A DNA stretch of 10,824 nucleotides from a virus (IMGVR_UViG_3300029852_000006), one strand, 5' to 3'. Counted from the stretch's first letter, positions 1 to 7,969 are shown. The notes: generated by a model from the letters alone, not told the origin. Numbers and translations are program-made.

Positions 1-97
1 GCTGCAAACAACCGCTTTCTTGTCCAGTTCTGGCTGATCCGGCGCTGATAAAATCACGCTCTTTCTTTTTTTCGTTAAAGGGTTCTTCCAGGCTCGT
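1..97. repeat. Exact direct repeat, copy 1 (at least 97 bp, cut by window edge); copy 2 is 716-812
   Basis: gctgcaaacaaccgc...ttccaggctcgt is identical base for base at 1-97 and 716-812; the copies diverge immediately afterwards (ata vs ctc). Confidence 0.97.
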
Positions 98-247
98 ATA
101 ACTGTAAAATCGTAAATCGTAAAACGGCGAATACTTTGCGTACATCAGCATGTAAACCGGCAGTAACTCCGACACGTCCTTGCGCAAAATCAACTCTTCC
201 GGCACCTGCATAACCTGCTTCGCTAAGTAGGAACCATTCGTATACAT
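1..247 (-). CDS. Partial CDS running off the left edge; possible phage replication protein N-terminus, apparently fused to the duplicated segment
   Basis: Not in the ORF track. Minus strand reads AAAGGAG-tgttttta-ATG(247) and stays open to the edge: MYTNGSYLAKQVMQVPEELILRKDVSELLPVYMLMYAKYSPFYDLRFYSYTSLEEPFNEKKKERDFISAG... A replication role is only inferred from the iteron-like repeats upstream. Confidence 0.6.
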   Translation of the reverse strand, partial: MYTNGSYLAKQVMQVPEELILRKDVSELLPVYMLMYAKYSPFYDLRFYSYTSLEEPFNEKKKERDFISAGSARTGQESGCLQ

Positions 248-268
248 TAAAAACACTCCTTTGCCGCA

Positions 269-320
269 TTAAAAAACGGCTCGAAAATAATCATTCAATT
301 CTTAAAAAACGGCTCGAAAA
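269..320. repeat. Two 19-bp direct repeats TTAAAAAACGGCTCGAAAA (iteron/operator-like)
   Basis: Copies at 269-287 and 302-320, 33 bp apart (about 3 helical turns), immediately upstream of the RBS of the CDS starting at 247. Confidence 0.8.
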
Positions 321-609
321 ACGCATTTTGGAAAACGATGTTCAGAAACGATGCAAAATCCGCAGTCCAATTCGTTTTTGAACAACGAAAAACCTGGGGT
401 AAAACCAACATTCACTTACGCTTAATAAGAAAAACCTTAATAAAGAAATATAGGTGGTACTTTTGCTCGGCGTTTGGCCCTCCGGGAATTCGTATCCGCC
501 GACCATTTCGCTTGTTCTGCGTGCATCCCAAGCTCAACCGTACCCCTTTAACCCTGTGTGGGCGCATGGGTTCTGGTGGGATCGTTCCTTGTTCTTTTCG
601 TTCCTGGTT

Positions 610-855
610 TTATACAATCGCCCAGGCCGTAACGTGTCGGTTCAAAAATAGTCCCAGGTCATAGCGCTGTTCGTTTAGGTCAAGCCATTGGTGTATTCCT
701 CTGGTTTTTTGACCCGCTGCAAACAACCGCTTTCTTGTCCAGTTCTGGCTGATCCGGCGCTGATAAAATCACGCTCTTTCTTTTTTTCGTTAAAGGGTTC
801 TTCCAGGCTCGTCTCTCAGCGCTTTTAATGCATCCTGCTGGTTTATGTATCGCAT
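610..855 (-). pseudogene. Disrupted small phage gene (MRYINQQDALKALRDEP...)
   Basis: AAGGAG RBS then ATG at 855; stop TAA at 790-792 soon after entering the duplicated segment. Protein-like pieces continue downstream (AWKNPLTKKRKSVILSAPDQPELDKKAVVCSGS in another frame; GIHQWLDLNEQRYDLGLFLNRHVTAWAIV ending at 610). Confidence 0.55.
716..812. repeat. Exact direct repeat, copy 2 of 1-97
   Basis: Direct comparison, offset 715 bp. Confidence 0.97.
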
Positions 856-932
856 GTCGTATCTCCTTGTGTCGTGGCTCATAGCGCGTCCCTGCGCGTC
901 TCAGGCCATGTTATACCGTGCGGTGTCGCAGG

Positions 933-1178
933 TTATGAATAGATCGCTGGTTCCGGCATTACTGGTTCCTTAAAACAACCAAGCCCAAAATCTCCCGGCC
1001 AATATTCGCCCTGCAGCCATTTGTTCTGGTCCTGAATAATCTCGTCCAGGTTGTCAGGATCTTTCACCAGGTTCATTGGCATCAGCAGCGGCAGGTACCC
1101 GCCTTCGTCATCCATGACAATAAACAGGTTGGCCAGATCGTCCGCCGTTGCGCTTTGTAACTTTTCAAGCCTTGTCAT
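933..1178 (-). CDS. Hypothetical phage protein (81 aa)
   Basis: AAGGAGGTG RBS upstream; overlaps the end of the previous gene; MTRLEKLQSATADDLA N-terminus typical of small phage proteins. Confidence 0.8.
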   Translation of the reverse strand: MTRLEKLQSATADDLANLFIVMDDEGGYLPLLMPMNLVKDPDNLDEIIQDQNKWLQGEYWPGDFGLGCFKEPVMPEPAIYS

Positions 1179-1467
1179 ATGCTTTATCCACCTCCTTAGC
1201 CTGCCGTACAGGCGTTTCCAGCTCGTATCTTAGCTGGGCTGAATAATTTGTTTCTGCGATCAAAGGCTCGTCATAGGGGCTTGCAGGGCCATGTCCGCCA
1301 ATGGCATTGACTTTAACATCGGCTTCCTCAAACATTTTTGTCCACATGTCATATGCCAGCATCAGCCTGATTGCATCCACAACCTCATCCAGTGTTTTCT
1401 CTCCACGCAGATACAGATTTGATATCTCCATAAGATCTCTGTATCGTTTATTTGATATGCCCTTCAT
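1165..1467 (-). CDS. Hypothetical phage protein (100 aa)
   Basis: AGGAGG RBS; overlapping operon arrangement. Confidence 0.8.
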   Translation of the reverse strand: MKGISNKRYRDLMEISNLYLRGEKTLDEVVDAIRLMLAYDMWTKMFEEADVKVNAIGGHGPASPYDEPLIAETNYSAQLRYELETPVRQAKEVDKAYDKA

Positions 1468-1717
1468 TACAAAATCCCTCCTTTGTTGTTGGGCAATCGT
1501 GCAGCATGCAGTAGTATAAATCTGGGCGTATAATGGAGTTCACCACCTCGTCACAATCCTCACACCGCACATATTTTGTCATGGTGGGTGCCGCATCAAT
1601 GGCCTCCAAAACCCGCTGTACCCCATCCAGATAAGCCTGCCATTCGGCCTCTGAATACTTCGGGTCGCGCTCAATGCAGTACGCCTCAAACTCCTCCGCA
1701 TCAATCAGTCGTGCCAT
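1448..1717 (-). CDS. Hypothetical phage protein, MARLIDA-type N-terminus with C-terminal Cys-rich (VRCEDC...C...FC) putative Zn-binding motif
   Basis: GAGGTG RBS; sequence pattern common among Clostridia phage small proteins. Confidence 0.82.
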   Translation of the reverse strand: MARLIDAEEFEAYCIERDPKYSEAEWQAYLDGVQRVLEAIDAAPTMTKYVRCEDCDEVVNSIIRPDLYYCMLHDCPTTKEGFCNEGHIK

Positions 1718-1729
1718 AAAAAATTTTTT

Positions 1730-1936
1730 TCACCTCATTTCGTTTTTATTGTTCACTGAATTTTTACATGTGAACTTTTTGTAACATTTGTTGGCAATGT
1801 GTTTTGCTATTGTTATTATCTTCCACATGCTAAAAATCAACAGCGTACAGTTAATCCCTAATGCCAACAGCATCAGCGGTCCCCATATGTAGATCATCAG
1901 TATAGCGTCCACTGTAGATTCCCACGCCTCGTTCAT
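1730..1936 (-). CDS. Small membrane protein (68 aa)
   Basis: GGAGG RBS; ATGA overlap with the upstream gene; long hydrophobic stretch AILMIYIWGPLMLLALGINCTLLIFSMW. Confidence 0.7.
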   Translation of the reverse strand: MNEAWESTVDAILMIYIWGPLMLLALGINCTLLIFSMWKIITIAKHIANKCYKKFTCKNSVNNKNEMR

Positions 1937-2379
1937 ATGCTGCCTCCGGTACCCAGGTCCCGCATCATCTCGTCGGTCAGGTAGTACACCGTGCTGGTAT
2001 ACCGATCTTCGAACGATTCATTGTCGTATGTGGTGCGGTCGTAAAAGTCGGCCTTGTAGCTATTATCTTCATCAGAATATTTTATGGTGACGTAATCTAC
2101 ATCCTCGGTTTCTTCTTTTATGCTCCCATCATCCTGTATCACGCCGCAGTGCAGGTATGTGTCAGCGCCGCAAATGCCGCCATACCGGTTTGTATACGGT
2201 CGCGTTTCAAGGAATGCGTAGGAGATTTTGTGTGTGGTATATACAGTAGTTGTGTCTACAGCCTTTGGCGCTTTAGCTTCTAAGTCAATGCCTAAGTGTA
2301 CAGCAGCTCCAGCAGCCAATACCGCAGTGGCCACAGCGCAAGTATAAGCTATAGCACTGGCGATTTTTAACTTTGACAT
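1933..2379 (-). CDS. Membrane-anchored or exported hypothetical protein (148 aa)
   Basis: AAGGAG RBS; basic N-terminus and hydrophobic helix, followed by an acidic soluble domain. Confidence 0.82.
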   Translation of the reverse strand: MSKLKIASAIAYTCAVATAVLAAGAAVHLGIDLEAKAPKAVDTTTVYTTHKISYAFLETRPYTNRYGGICGADTYLHCGVIQDDGSIKEETEDVDYVTIKYSDEDNSYKADFYDRTTYDNESFEDRYTSTVYYLTDEMMRDLGTGGSI

Positions 2380-2393
2380 AAAGTTTCTCCTTA

Positions 2394-2588
2394 TTAGTTG
2401 CAGTCTAGAATCTCGAAACTGTCAAGCAGAGTACCGAACGAATTCTCCCAGTCCTTATAGTTTTCGGGTGTAACATCTGTTACTGGGTTAAGCACAATCC
2501 AGTCATGTAGTTGCCGCATCTCGTCAAGCAATAATTGCAGGTTACTGGCAATTTCTTTCTTGCGGGTTTCAAATTCTTCATTGGTCAT
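2394..2588 (-). CDS. Hypothetical protein (64 aa, acidic)
   Basis: AGGAGG RBS; TAATG stop/start overlap with the upstream gene. Confidence 0.78.
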   Translation of the reverse strand: MTNEEFETRKKEIASNLQLLLDEMRQLHDWIVLNPVTDVTPENYKDWENSFGTLLDSFEILDCN

Positions 2589-2995
2589 TAGTGTATTCCT
2601 CCTAGATCTGGGAAGTATTTGCGGCGCTTTTCATAGTTAATACAGGTAATTTCGGCTTTATCACGCAACCCGCTTATATCGCAACGAACAAAAAACTTGC
2701 CATAGTTTTTGCAGTGTTTGCAGTATAAACATAAGCTGGACGTGTAGTCTTCAGGCCATTCTGTAAATAGCGTGCAATGGGCAGGTTGTTCTATCGGGTT
2801 CTCTTCTAGTTCGCAGACAATCCGGCTATCAGTCAAAATCATCCGACAGTAACAGCAATTCTTGCATGTAGTTTTTTCTGCCTGTTCTTTAGCTGTCTCA
2901 GCTTTGCGTTCCTGCTGTACTCTCAGCCAGCCATAGGCGCACACACTAGCCAAAGCGCAAATCTTTATACCCGTATAAATTGTTTCAACCAGCAT
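2588..2995 (-). CDS. Membrane-anchored Cys-rich protein with two CxxCxxC...C...C repeats (135 aa)
   Basis: Start reassigned to ATG at 2995 (GAGGA upstream; overlaps the antirepressor stop). N-terminal hydrophobic segment; CKNCCYC...C...C and CLYCKHC...C...C. Confidence 0.75.
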   Translation of the reverse strand: MLVETIYTGIKICALASVCAYGWLRVQQERKAETAKEQAEKTTCKNCCYCRMILTDSRIVCELEENPIEQPAHCTLFTEWPEDYTSSLCLYCKHCKNYGKFFVRCDISGLRDKAEITCINYEKRRKYFPDLGGIH

Positions 2996-3782
2996 CGGCC
3001 ATGTCCTCAGTATCGTCCGACATACCAATCAGTCCTTCGGCTTCCATCAGCAGCCGGAACGTCTCGCGTCCCTTGGGTGTGATCAGGGTCTGGGTTCCGG
3101 CATGCCCGTTGCCACGGTTCACAAACTCCTTGATATCAAATAGCCCATCGTTGCGCTCTGCATAAGCCTTGAGTTTTCCCTGTGTATCACGGTACAGGTA
3201 CTTTTTGTCTAGTAGGAACTGAACCAGCACAGTTTGTTTGATATGTAATTCGCTGGCAAAGGTTCTGAAGTTGGTCAGCAGGTTCCGATCGATCACGGCA
3301 TCGAAATACTGTGCTTTGCCCGACATTTCAGCGTTCTCGCTTTCCAACTGTTTGTTCGCAGCAGCCAATGCGGCGCTTTTCTCCTGTTCAGCTTTTAATT
3401 GCTGGCACAGCTGAATCATCATATCTGGGTTCAGGATAGCCGCCTGTAAAGTTTCTGGCGTCATATACGCGCCATGCTTGCGGATGGTAGGCAACACTTC
3501 AGCCGTAACCCATTTTCGGAACGGTTTAGCTTCAGGTTTATCGCTGCGCAGGATGACGTTGTATAAACCAGATTCGTTGATGCAGGTCATTTCTTGTGCG
3601 CCGCCAAGGGTGTCCACTCTAATCGGCGCCCTTTCGTCTGCGTCCAATCTATCTGCCACATCACGATATTTTGCGATTCCTAGTGCTTTACATACATCTT
3701 TCAATACAAACCACGGTTCGCCATTCATCTCCGCTGTGCGAACATCGTTGTTTCCGTATTTGAATACCTGCAAATTTTCCAT
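2985..3782 (-). CDS. Phage antirepressor, Bro-N plus KilAC (ANT) domains
   Basis: Bro-N motifs (NGEPWFVLKDVC; INESGLYNVILRSDKPEAKPFRKWVTAEVLPTIRKHGAY), a coiled coil, and KilAC motifs (KAQYFDAV; QTLITPKGRETF). AAGGAG RBS. Confidence 0.95.
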   Translation of the reverse strand: MENLQVFKYGNNDVRTAEMNGEPWFVLKDVCKALGIAKYRDVADRLDADERAPIRVDTLGGAQEMTCINESGLYNVILRSDKPEAKPFRKWVTAEVLPTIRKHGAYMTPETLQAAILNPDMMIQLCQQLKAEQEKSAALAAANKQLESENAEMSGKAQYFDAVIDRNLLTNFRTFASELHIKQTVLVQFLLDKKYLYRDTQGKLKAYAERNDGLFDIKEFVNRGNGHAGTQTLITPKGRETFRLLMEAEGLIGMSDDTEDMADAG

Positions 3783-3900
3783 AAAAATCTCCTTGTAAAA
3801 ATACTTGGGTTATTTGTCATTGACCCCATTATTCAAAATCAAGTTTACCTACTGGCTTTCAGCTACCCCGCCATAATTCAATCGTCATGCTGCGCCTCTT

Positions 3901-4113
3901 TTATTCTGGCAACGGCCGGTATTTATTCATATCGTAGTAACCGCTCATAGCGTTCATGTCGTGCAGCATCTCGCTTACTACCTCGTTTCGGTCAAGGCCA
4001 TTGCGGTCTGCATAATCTACCATGTCTTCAAACATTACGGCGATTGTATGGGTGTAATCCTTAATGTGTTCCGTCTGTGGCTGTACGGAATATCTAAAGC
4101 ATGTTTGTTCCAT
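3901..4113 (-). CDS. Hypothetical protein (70 aa)
   Basis: GGAG RBS; co-oriented in the operon. Confidence 0.72.
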   Translation of the reverse strand: MEQTCFRYSVQPQTEHIKDYTHTIAVMFEDMVDYADRNGLDRNEVVSEMLHDMNAMSGYYDMNKYRPLPE

Positions 4114-4138
4114 TGTTAAAAATCTCCAAAGTTATTAT

Positions 4139-4537
4139 TCAAGAATGAGGATTAGTAGCAGCCATAGCGCTCGGTTCCATATGGTCGCCAAAATAAAATT
4201 TATGTACGCCCTTGGCCCCTACCCAGTGGTCAAAACTTTCATCAAAGCTGTCATTATGTACTGCAGCCGGCACCTGAATAATACAGGGCACTTTCTGCGC
4301 CACCATATCGTCTTTGCACCAGCCGCTGTTGCAGGTCCCGCTGCAGGGTTCCAGTACCAGGTCGTCAAACGGGAACATCATATCGCAATAGCCTTTGATA
4401 TATTCGTCATAAACCCGTTCTGCGTTGTGTTCATACGGCGTATCATTCCAGTCGTCGCCCCACCATTCCGCCAGGTCATCATCACCCAGGTAGAACCGTA
4501 CCAGGTTGCCCTTGCGTTCGAAGTCAATAATTTTCAT
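4139..4537 (-). CDS. Hypothetical phage protein (132 aa; WWGDDWNDTPYEHNA motif)
   Basis: GGAGG RBS; ATGA overlap with the RNA-ligase-like gene. Confidence 0.85.
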   Translation of the reverse strand: MKIIDFERKGNLVRFYLGDDDLAEWWGDDWNDTPYEHNAERVYDEYIKGYCDMMFPFDDLVLEPCSGTCNSGWCKDDMVAQKVPCIIQVPAAVHNDSFDESFDHWVGAKGVHKFYFGDHMEPSAMAATNPHS

Positions 4538-5229
4538 GCCCGCGTTTCCTCCATCTTGGTCATATCAGCCGGCAGTTCGTGCCTGCTGTACACGGCCGCA
4601 ACCCGCTGCACCCACTCGCACGGGTCAGGATTATTTGCCCCAAACTCCGCGTTCAGCTCGTCTTGCGTCACCGGCCACTTAAAGCCAAAGTCTTTGCGCT
4701 TGATTTTGCACAGCGGCGCTCCTTCATGCCAGAACACGATGCCCTCCATGGCGGCCAACTCCAACCCGCGCCGGATTCCCTCAAAGCTTGGGTTCGGGAT
4801 GTCAATACTGATCGTGCCATGCCGCACCAGCACGTCCTTGTCCAGCCCGTAGGGATTCTTCTGGAAGTGCGGTCCAATCGCCTCATAGGTTGCATCCGGC
4901 AGGCCATCCCAGCTGTTGTTTCGTGCCGCCACAAACCATTTGTCCGCGGGGTTATCTGCCGCCACTTTCACCCAGTGGGGCCAGTGGCCAGTTACCGGGT
5001 CTGGCTCGTCACACGGGATCGCGCCCTCCGGCACTGCCCTGCCTAGCTTGGCATCAAAGCGCTTGTAGAATCCGCCGTTAATAATCGCGCAGCAGGCACC
5101 GTCAAGCTTCAATGTGGCAATGCTCTCGTCCGTTAGCGCCGCCTCACAGCCCGGCATAATCTCGTCACGGATTCCGGTAATCTTGTGGCCACTGAACTCG
5201 CGCTTATATAAGGTTGGAATTTTCTTCAT
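4534..5229 (-). CDS. ATP-dependent RNA-ligase-like nucleotidyltransferase (DUF5565 / RLIG1-C12orf29-like)
   Basis: Motif I KLDG (ATLKLDGACC), motif III-like YEAIG, motif IV EGIV and motif V KIK; no C-terminal OB domain; GGAGG RBS. Family assignment is from recognition, not a search. Confidence 0.8.
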   Translation of the reverse strand: MKKIPTLYKREFSGHKITGIRDEIMPGCEAALTDESIATLKLDGACCAIINGGFYKRFDAKLGRAVPEGAIPCDEPDPVTGHWPHWVKVAADNPADKWFVAARNNSWDGLPDATYEAIGPHFQKNPYGLDKDVLVRHGTISIDIPNPSFEGIRRGLELAAMEGIVFWHEGAPLCKIKRKDFGFKWPVTQDELNAEFGANNPDPCEWVQRVAAVYSRHELPADMTKMEETRA

Positions 5230-5260
5230 TGGTAAAAACCTCCAAAACTTCGTTAATCAT

Positions 5261-5470
5261 TTAAGTGTCAATCTTAATGTTGCGCATAACAATATCGGCA
5301 ACATGTGTGCCCGTCAATGCGCACAGGCAGGCGTAACGGCCAATCCATTCATTGAACTCTACGTTCTCGTTAAAGGTGATTTGTACATAGTTGGTAGAAT
5401 GGCCATGACTTTTCGCCCATGTATCCGGCGTGCCATTGTCGCACTCCAAGCAAACGCGCTGGCGGTCCAT
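5261..5470 (-). pseudogene. Probable 3' fragment of a gene lacking its own RBS
   Basis: ATG at 5470 has no RBS; the ORF overlaps 5370-5666 by 101 bp in another frame and ends just before the ligase RBS. Confidence 0.45.
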
Positions 5471-5666
5471 AGGGGATCTGATTGTCCACTACTTTGGTAA
5501 TTATGAATGTATCGCCCTCGCAGGCCAAATATTGGTGTATGCCCGCCCGATGTGTTTTGGTGATTCGTACCTTGTCACCCGGTTTTGCCAAACAATACCC
5601 CATGTAGTCTTTAACGGAGCCATTGATGGTGCTTGTGTTGTGGGTTTCTGTGGTTTGATTTTCCAT
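5370..5666 (-). CDS. Hypothetical protein (KPGDKVRI beta-barrel-like N-terminus), probably truncated near 5470 with an out-of-frame tail
   Basis: AAGGAGG RBS; plausible sequence up to QIPYG, then reads through the 5261-5470 ORF in another frame. Confidence 0.6.
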   Translation of the reverse strand: MENQTTETHNTSTINGSVKDYMGYCLAKPGDKVRITKTHRAGIHQYLACEGDTFIITKVVDNQIPYGPPARLLGVRQWHAGYMGEKSWPFYQLCTNHL

Positions 5667-5757
5667 AAATTATTTGCCTCCTTCATTTGCGAAAACTTGT
5701 ATTTAATAAAGGTAAAAAAGTGGGTTCTTGCCAGGCACCCAAATTTAATGGGCATCG

Positions 5758-6726
5758 TTATATAGTAGCCAACGGCGGCACTCCCAACACTGTATCTACT
5801 GCCATTGCCGTTGCATCAATCTGCTCCTGACTCAAGCCAATGTAGCGCATCGTAATGCTCTGGCTGCTGTGGTGGAACTTGTTTTGCAGCGTTTCCATCA
5901 CCTGGCCAGCCGGCAGTCCGGCCTCTGTCATGGCGTGGTTTGCAGCATAGCCATAGGTTTTGCGCAGGCTGTGGGTACTAATATGCTCTTTAATGCCGCA
6001 CTCTTTTGCCGCTTGGTTTAAGATTCGCCACACCTGGGTTTCGTCCAGCGGCTGCGGCACTCCCTTGGGGCTGCGCATACTCTGGAACAATGGCCAGCCC
6101 GGCTTCAGCACATTCATGGTTCGACCCCGCATCTCTTCAATCAGGGTGGTAATCGCGCCTGCTGCCAGCGGGGTAATCAGGTCATTGGTGCGCTTGCCGG
6201 TCTTTTCATTGATGATAATTACGCGGTGGCGCGGGCAGTTGTGCTCACAATCCCACACATCATCCACGGTAAGGCGTAAAAGATCACCCACACGCAGGCC
6301 CAGCGTCACACCACATATAAATAAGGTATAGTTCCGCTGCCTGTTATACGGGCGTCCCTGGGTATGCAGGTAGGTGGCTATGGCGTTAAAGTCCTCGTGG
6401 CTGCGGATCGGCTCTGCCGGCGTTGGTTTTGCCACACCATTGGTTTTTACCAGGCTCAGTTTGGGTTGTGCATAGCGGGCGGCACGGGCTTTCTTACTGC
6501 GGCTCCGCTGGCGCGGCTGTGGTGTTTCGCGTACCAGCTTATAACCCATGGCGGATGCCAGCTGTTCCATCAGGGCGTTGTGGCCGTCAGTATCGGCGCT
6601 TGCCTGCATCATTGCCATCAGTAAGCTTGCAGCACCTTGTATGTCCAACCCACCTTTGGCCTCTGTGGCTTCCTGCATAGTAACTGTGCGGGGAATAAAG
6701 TGAGCTACGCTGTTTCTTTTTTTCAT
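5758..6726 (-). CDS. Tyrosine recombinase / phage integrase family protein
   Basis: Catalytic set R (LGLRVGD), K (NEKTGK), HxxR (THSLRKT), H (FHHSS), Y (TMRYIG). About 100-aa N-terminal extension with a basic tract instead of an obvious core-binding domain. Confidence 0.95.
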   Translation of the reverse strand: MKKRNSVAHFIPRTVTMQEATEAKGGLDIQGAASLLMAMMQASADTDGHNALMEQLASAMGYKLVRETPQPRQRSRSKKARAARYAQPKLSLVKTNGVAKPTPAEPIRSHEDFNAIATYLHTQGRPYNRQRNYTLFICGVTLGLRVGDLLRLTVDDVWDCEHNCPRHRVIIINEKTGKRTNDLITPLAAGAITTLIEEMRGRTMNVLKPGWPLFQSMRSPKGVPQPLDETQVWRILNQAAKECGIKEHISTHSLRKTYGYAANHAMTEAGLPAGQVMETLQNKFHHSSQSITMRYIGLSQEQIDATAMAVDTVLGVPPLATI

Positions 6727-6752
6727 AGTGGGCTTCCTTCCTGTGTGGTGTG

Positions 6753-6782
6753 TCCTGCGGAGCTTTATCCTACGGAGCTTTA
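6753..6782. repeat. Tandem 15-bp repeat TCCTRCGGAGCTTTA x2 in the recombinase 5' UTR
   Basis: 6753-6767 and 6768-6782, one mismatch. Confidence 0.85.
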
Positions 6783-6794
6783 TCTTATGGTTCT

Positions 6795-6824
6795 ATTATA
6801 GCGCTGCTAATTACAAGAAGTCAA
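6795..6824 (-). promoter_or_regulatory. sigmaA/sigma70 promoter for the leftward operon
   Basis: Minus strand TTGACT (6824-6819), 18-bp spacer, TATAAT (6800-6795), with an upstream T-tract; about 70 bp before the recombinase ATG. Confidence 0.8.
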
Positions 6825-7226
6825 CAGTGGCAAAAAAATAAATTTCAGGAGAAAGCGTAACACAGGCTCCGCCTGTAGGGGCGGGAGTTAGCTGCGCTTG
6901 AGGTTATTTAGGTTCTACCTGTAGGGGGGACGAGAGATTTCAGGTCGCGCCTGACCATGTTACGGTGCCGTTATACTCCTGCGGGAGTACCCACTCAAGG
7001 GGACCCACCCAAAGGGACCCGATTGGTGTTGTAATGGAAACTACCCCCCACCACCTGCGGCAGCGGAATCTCAATTCGCCTCCGTAGGGTGCCTTCCTTT
7101 ATATATATGGCACGCTAGAGGCCAAAACAGCACTCACAGAGCCTGCAGCCGTCTTATAGTGGTGCCTATTGCCAGGATTTGCCATGGAATTGCCGGGATT
7201 TAACCTCCGGTGGGGCCAATGTTGGG

Positions 7227-7357
7227 GCGTTTCGGGGTTGTAAAGCGGCGTTTCGGATTGCTCCGAGGCGTTTTCGAGCGGAAATTATGCGTTTTTTAGC
7301 GTTTTGGCGCTGTTTTTGTGCGTTTTAGTGACCAAATCGTGCGTTTTTATGGCGTTT
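7227..7357 (+). repeat. Helically phased GCGTTT array
   Basis: GCGTTT starts at 7227, 7248, 7268, 7289, 7299, 7320, 7341 and 7352; spacings 21, 20, 21, 10, 21, 21, 11. Confidence 0.85.
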
Positions 7358-7940
7358 TTGGGTAAAAAAATAAGGCCCCAAAGGAGCCTAGAAAGCGGAT
7401 TGTTATGCGGTTTTCTCCGAGAAAGGGAACGATTAAGGAAACAGGGGTTTAGAGGGCGGAAAGTGGAGGAAAGGAGGGACTTGGAGAAAGGAGGAGAAGA
7501 GGTGAGGAGGTGGAAGAGGGAGAAGTGACGTAGATACGCTGGTTTGTGTTTTGAGAGCCGGGAGTGAGATGGGATAACTGACCCGTTTTCCACGCTTTTA
7601 CGTTATTTTTTCTTTTTAACATACCCCCCTATGCAAACTATTGAAGGTGGTTTGCAAGTAGTGGATTTTTAGCGGTATAGCGCTGTTTTATGGCCTTCTA
7701 ACCTGCCGATTTTTGGCGCTTTTCTTGCTTTACAGAGGGTATACCAGGCGCTGTTTTATAGTCCCGTTTATAGTACTATATACCGTGCCGTGCCGTCGGG
7801 TCAGCTGACCTATACTATATAGCATATAATATTTATACCCCGCTATATCTTTGATTTTTGCCGCCTTCTATTTGCAGCGCCGCACCGCACTTTATTTATA
7901 TACTTTTGTTTCATATATTTATAATTTTATTGCAAGTATC

Positions 7941-7969
7941 TTGCTTCGGGGCAAAGAGCTGCTTATTAT
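7941..7969 (+). promoter_or_regulatory. Candidate sigmaA promoter for the sigma-factor-like gene
   Basis: TTGCTT (7941-7946), 17-bp spacer, TATTAT (7964-7969); AT-rich upstream. Confidence 0.5.

Noticed and set aside
338..664. Plus-strand ORFs 338-664 and 454-651, and minus-strand ORF 75-269
   Set aside because: No convincing RBS. The RBS-supported frame starts at 247 on the minus strand.
1..812. 97-bp repeat pair as a DGR template/variable repeat
   Set aside because: The copies are identical with no adenine-specific differences, and no reverse transcriptase is in the window.
912..928. 15/17 match TATACCGTGCGGTGTCG to 7779-7795
   Set aside because: Only two imperfect copies far apart; could be a shared promoter element but cannot be separated from chance.
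4064..6680. Plus-strand ORFs (4064-4852, 4579-5046, 5114-5500, 5960-6331 and others)
   Set aside because: Shadows of well-supported minus-strand genes; no RBS.
5667..7200. att site for the recombinase
   Set aside because: Phage-like genes continue on both sides; no tRNA fragment or host boundary is visible.
7285..7593. ORFs 7285-7593 (-) and 7304-7528 (+)
   Set aside because: Products of low-complexity skewed DNA; no RBS; non-protein-like composition.
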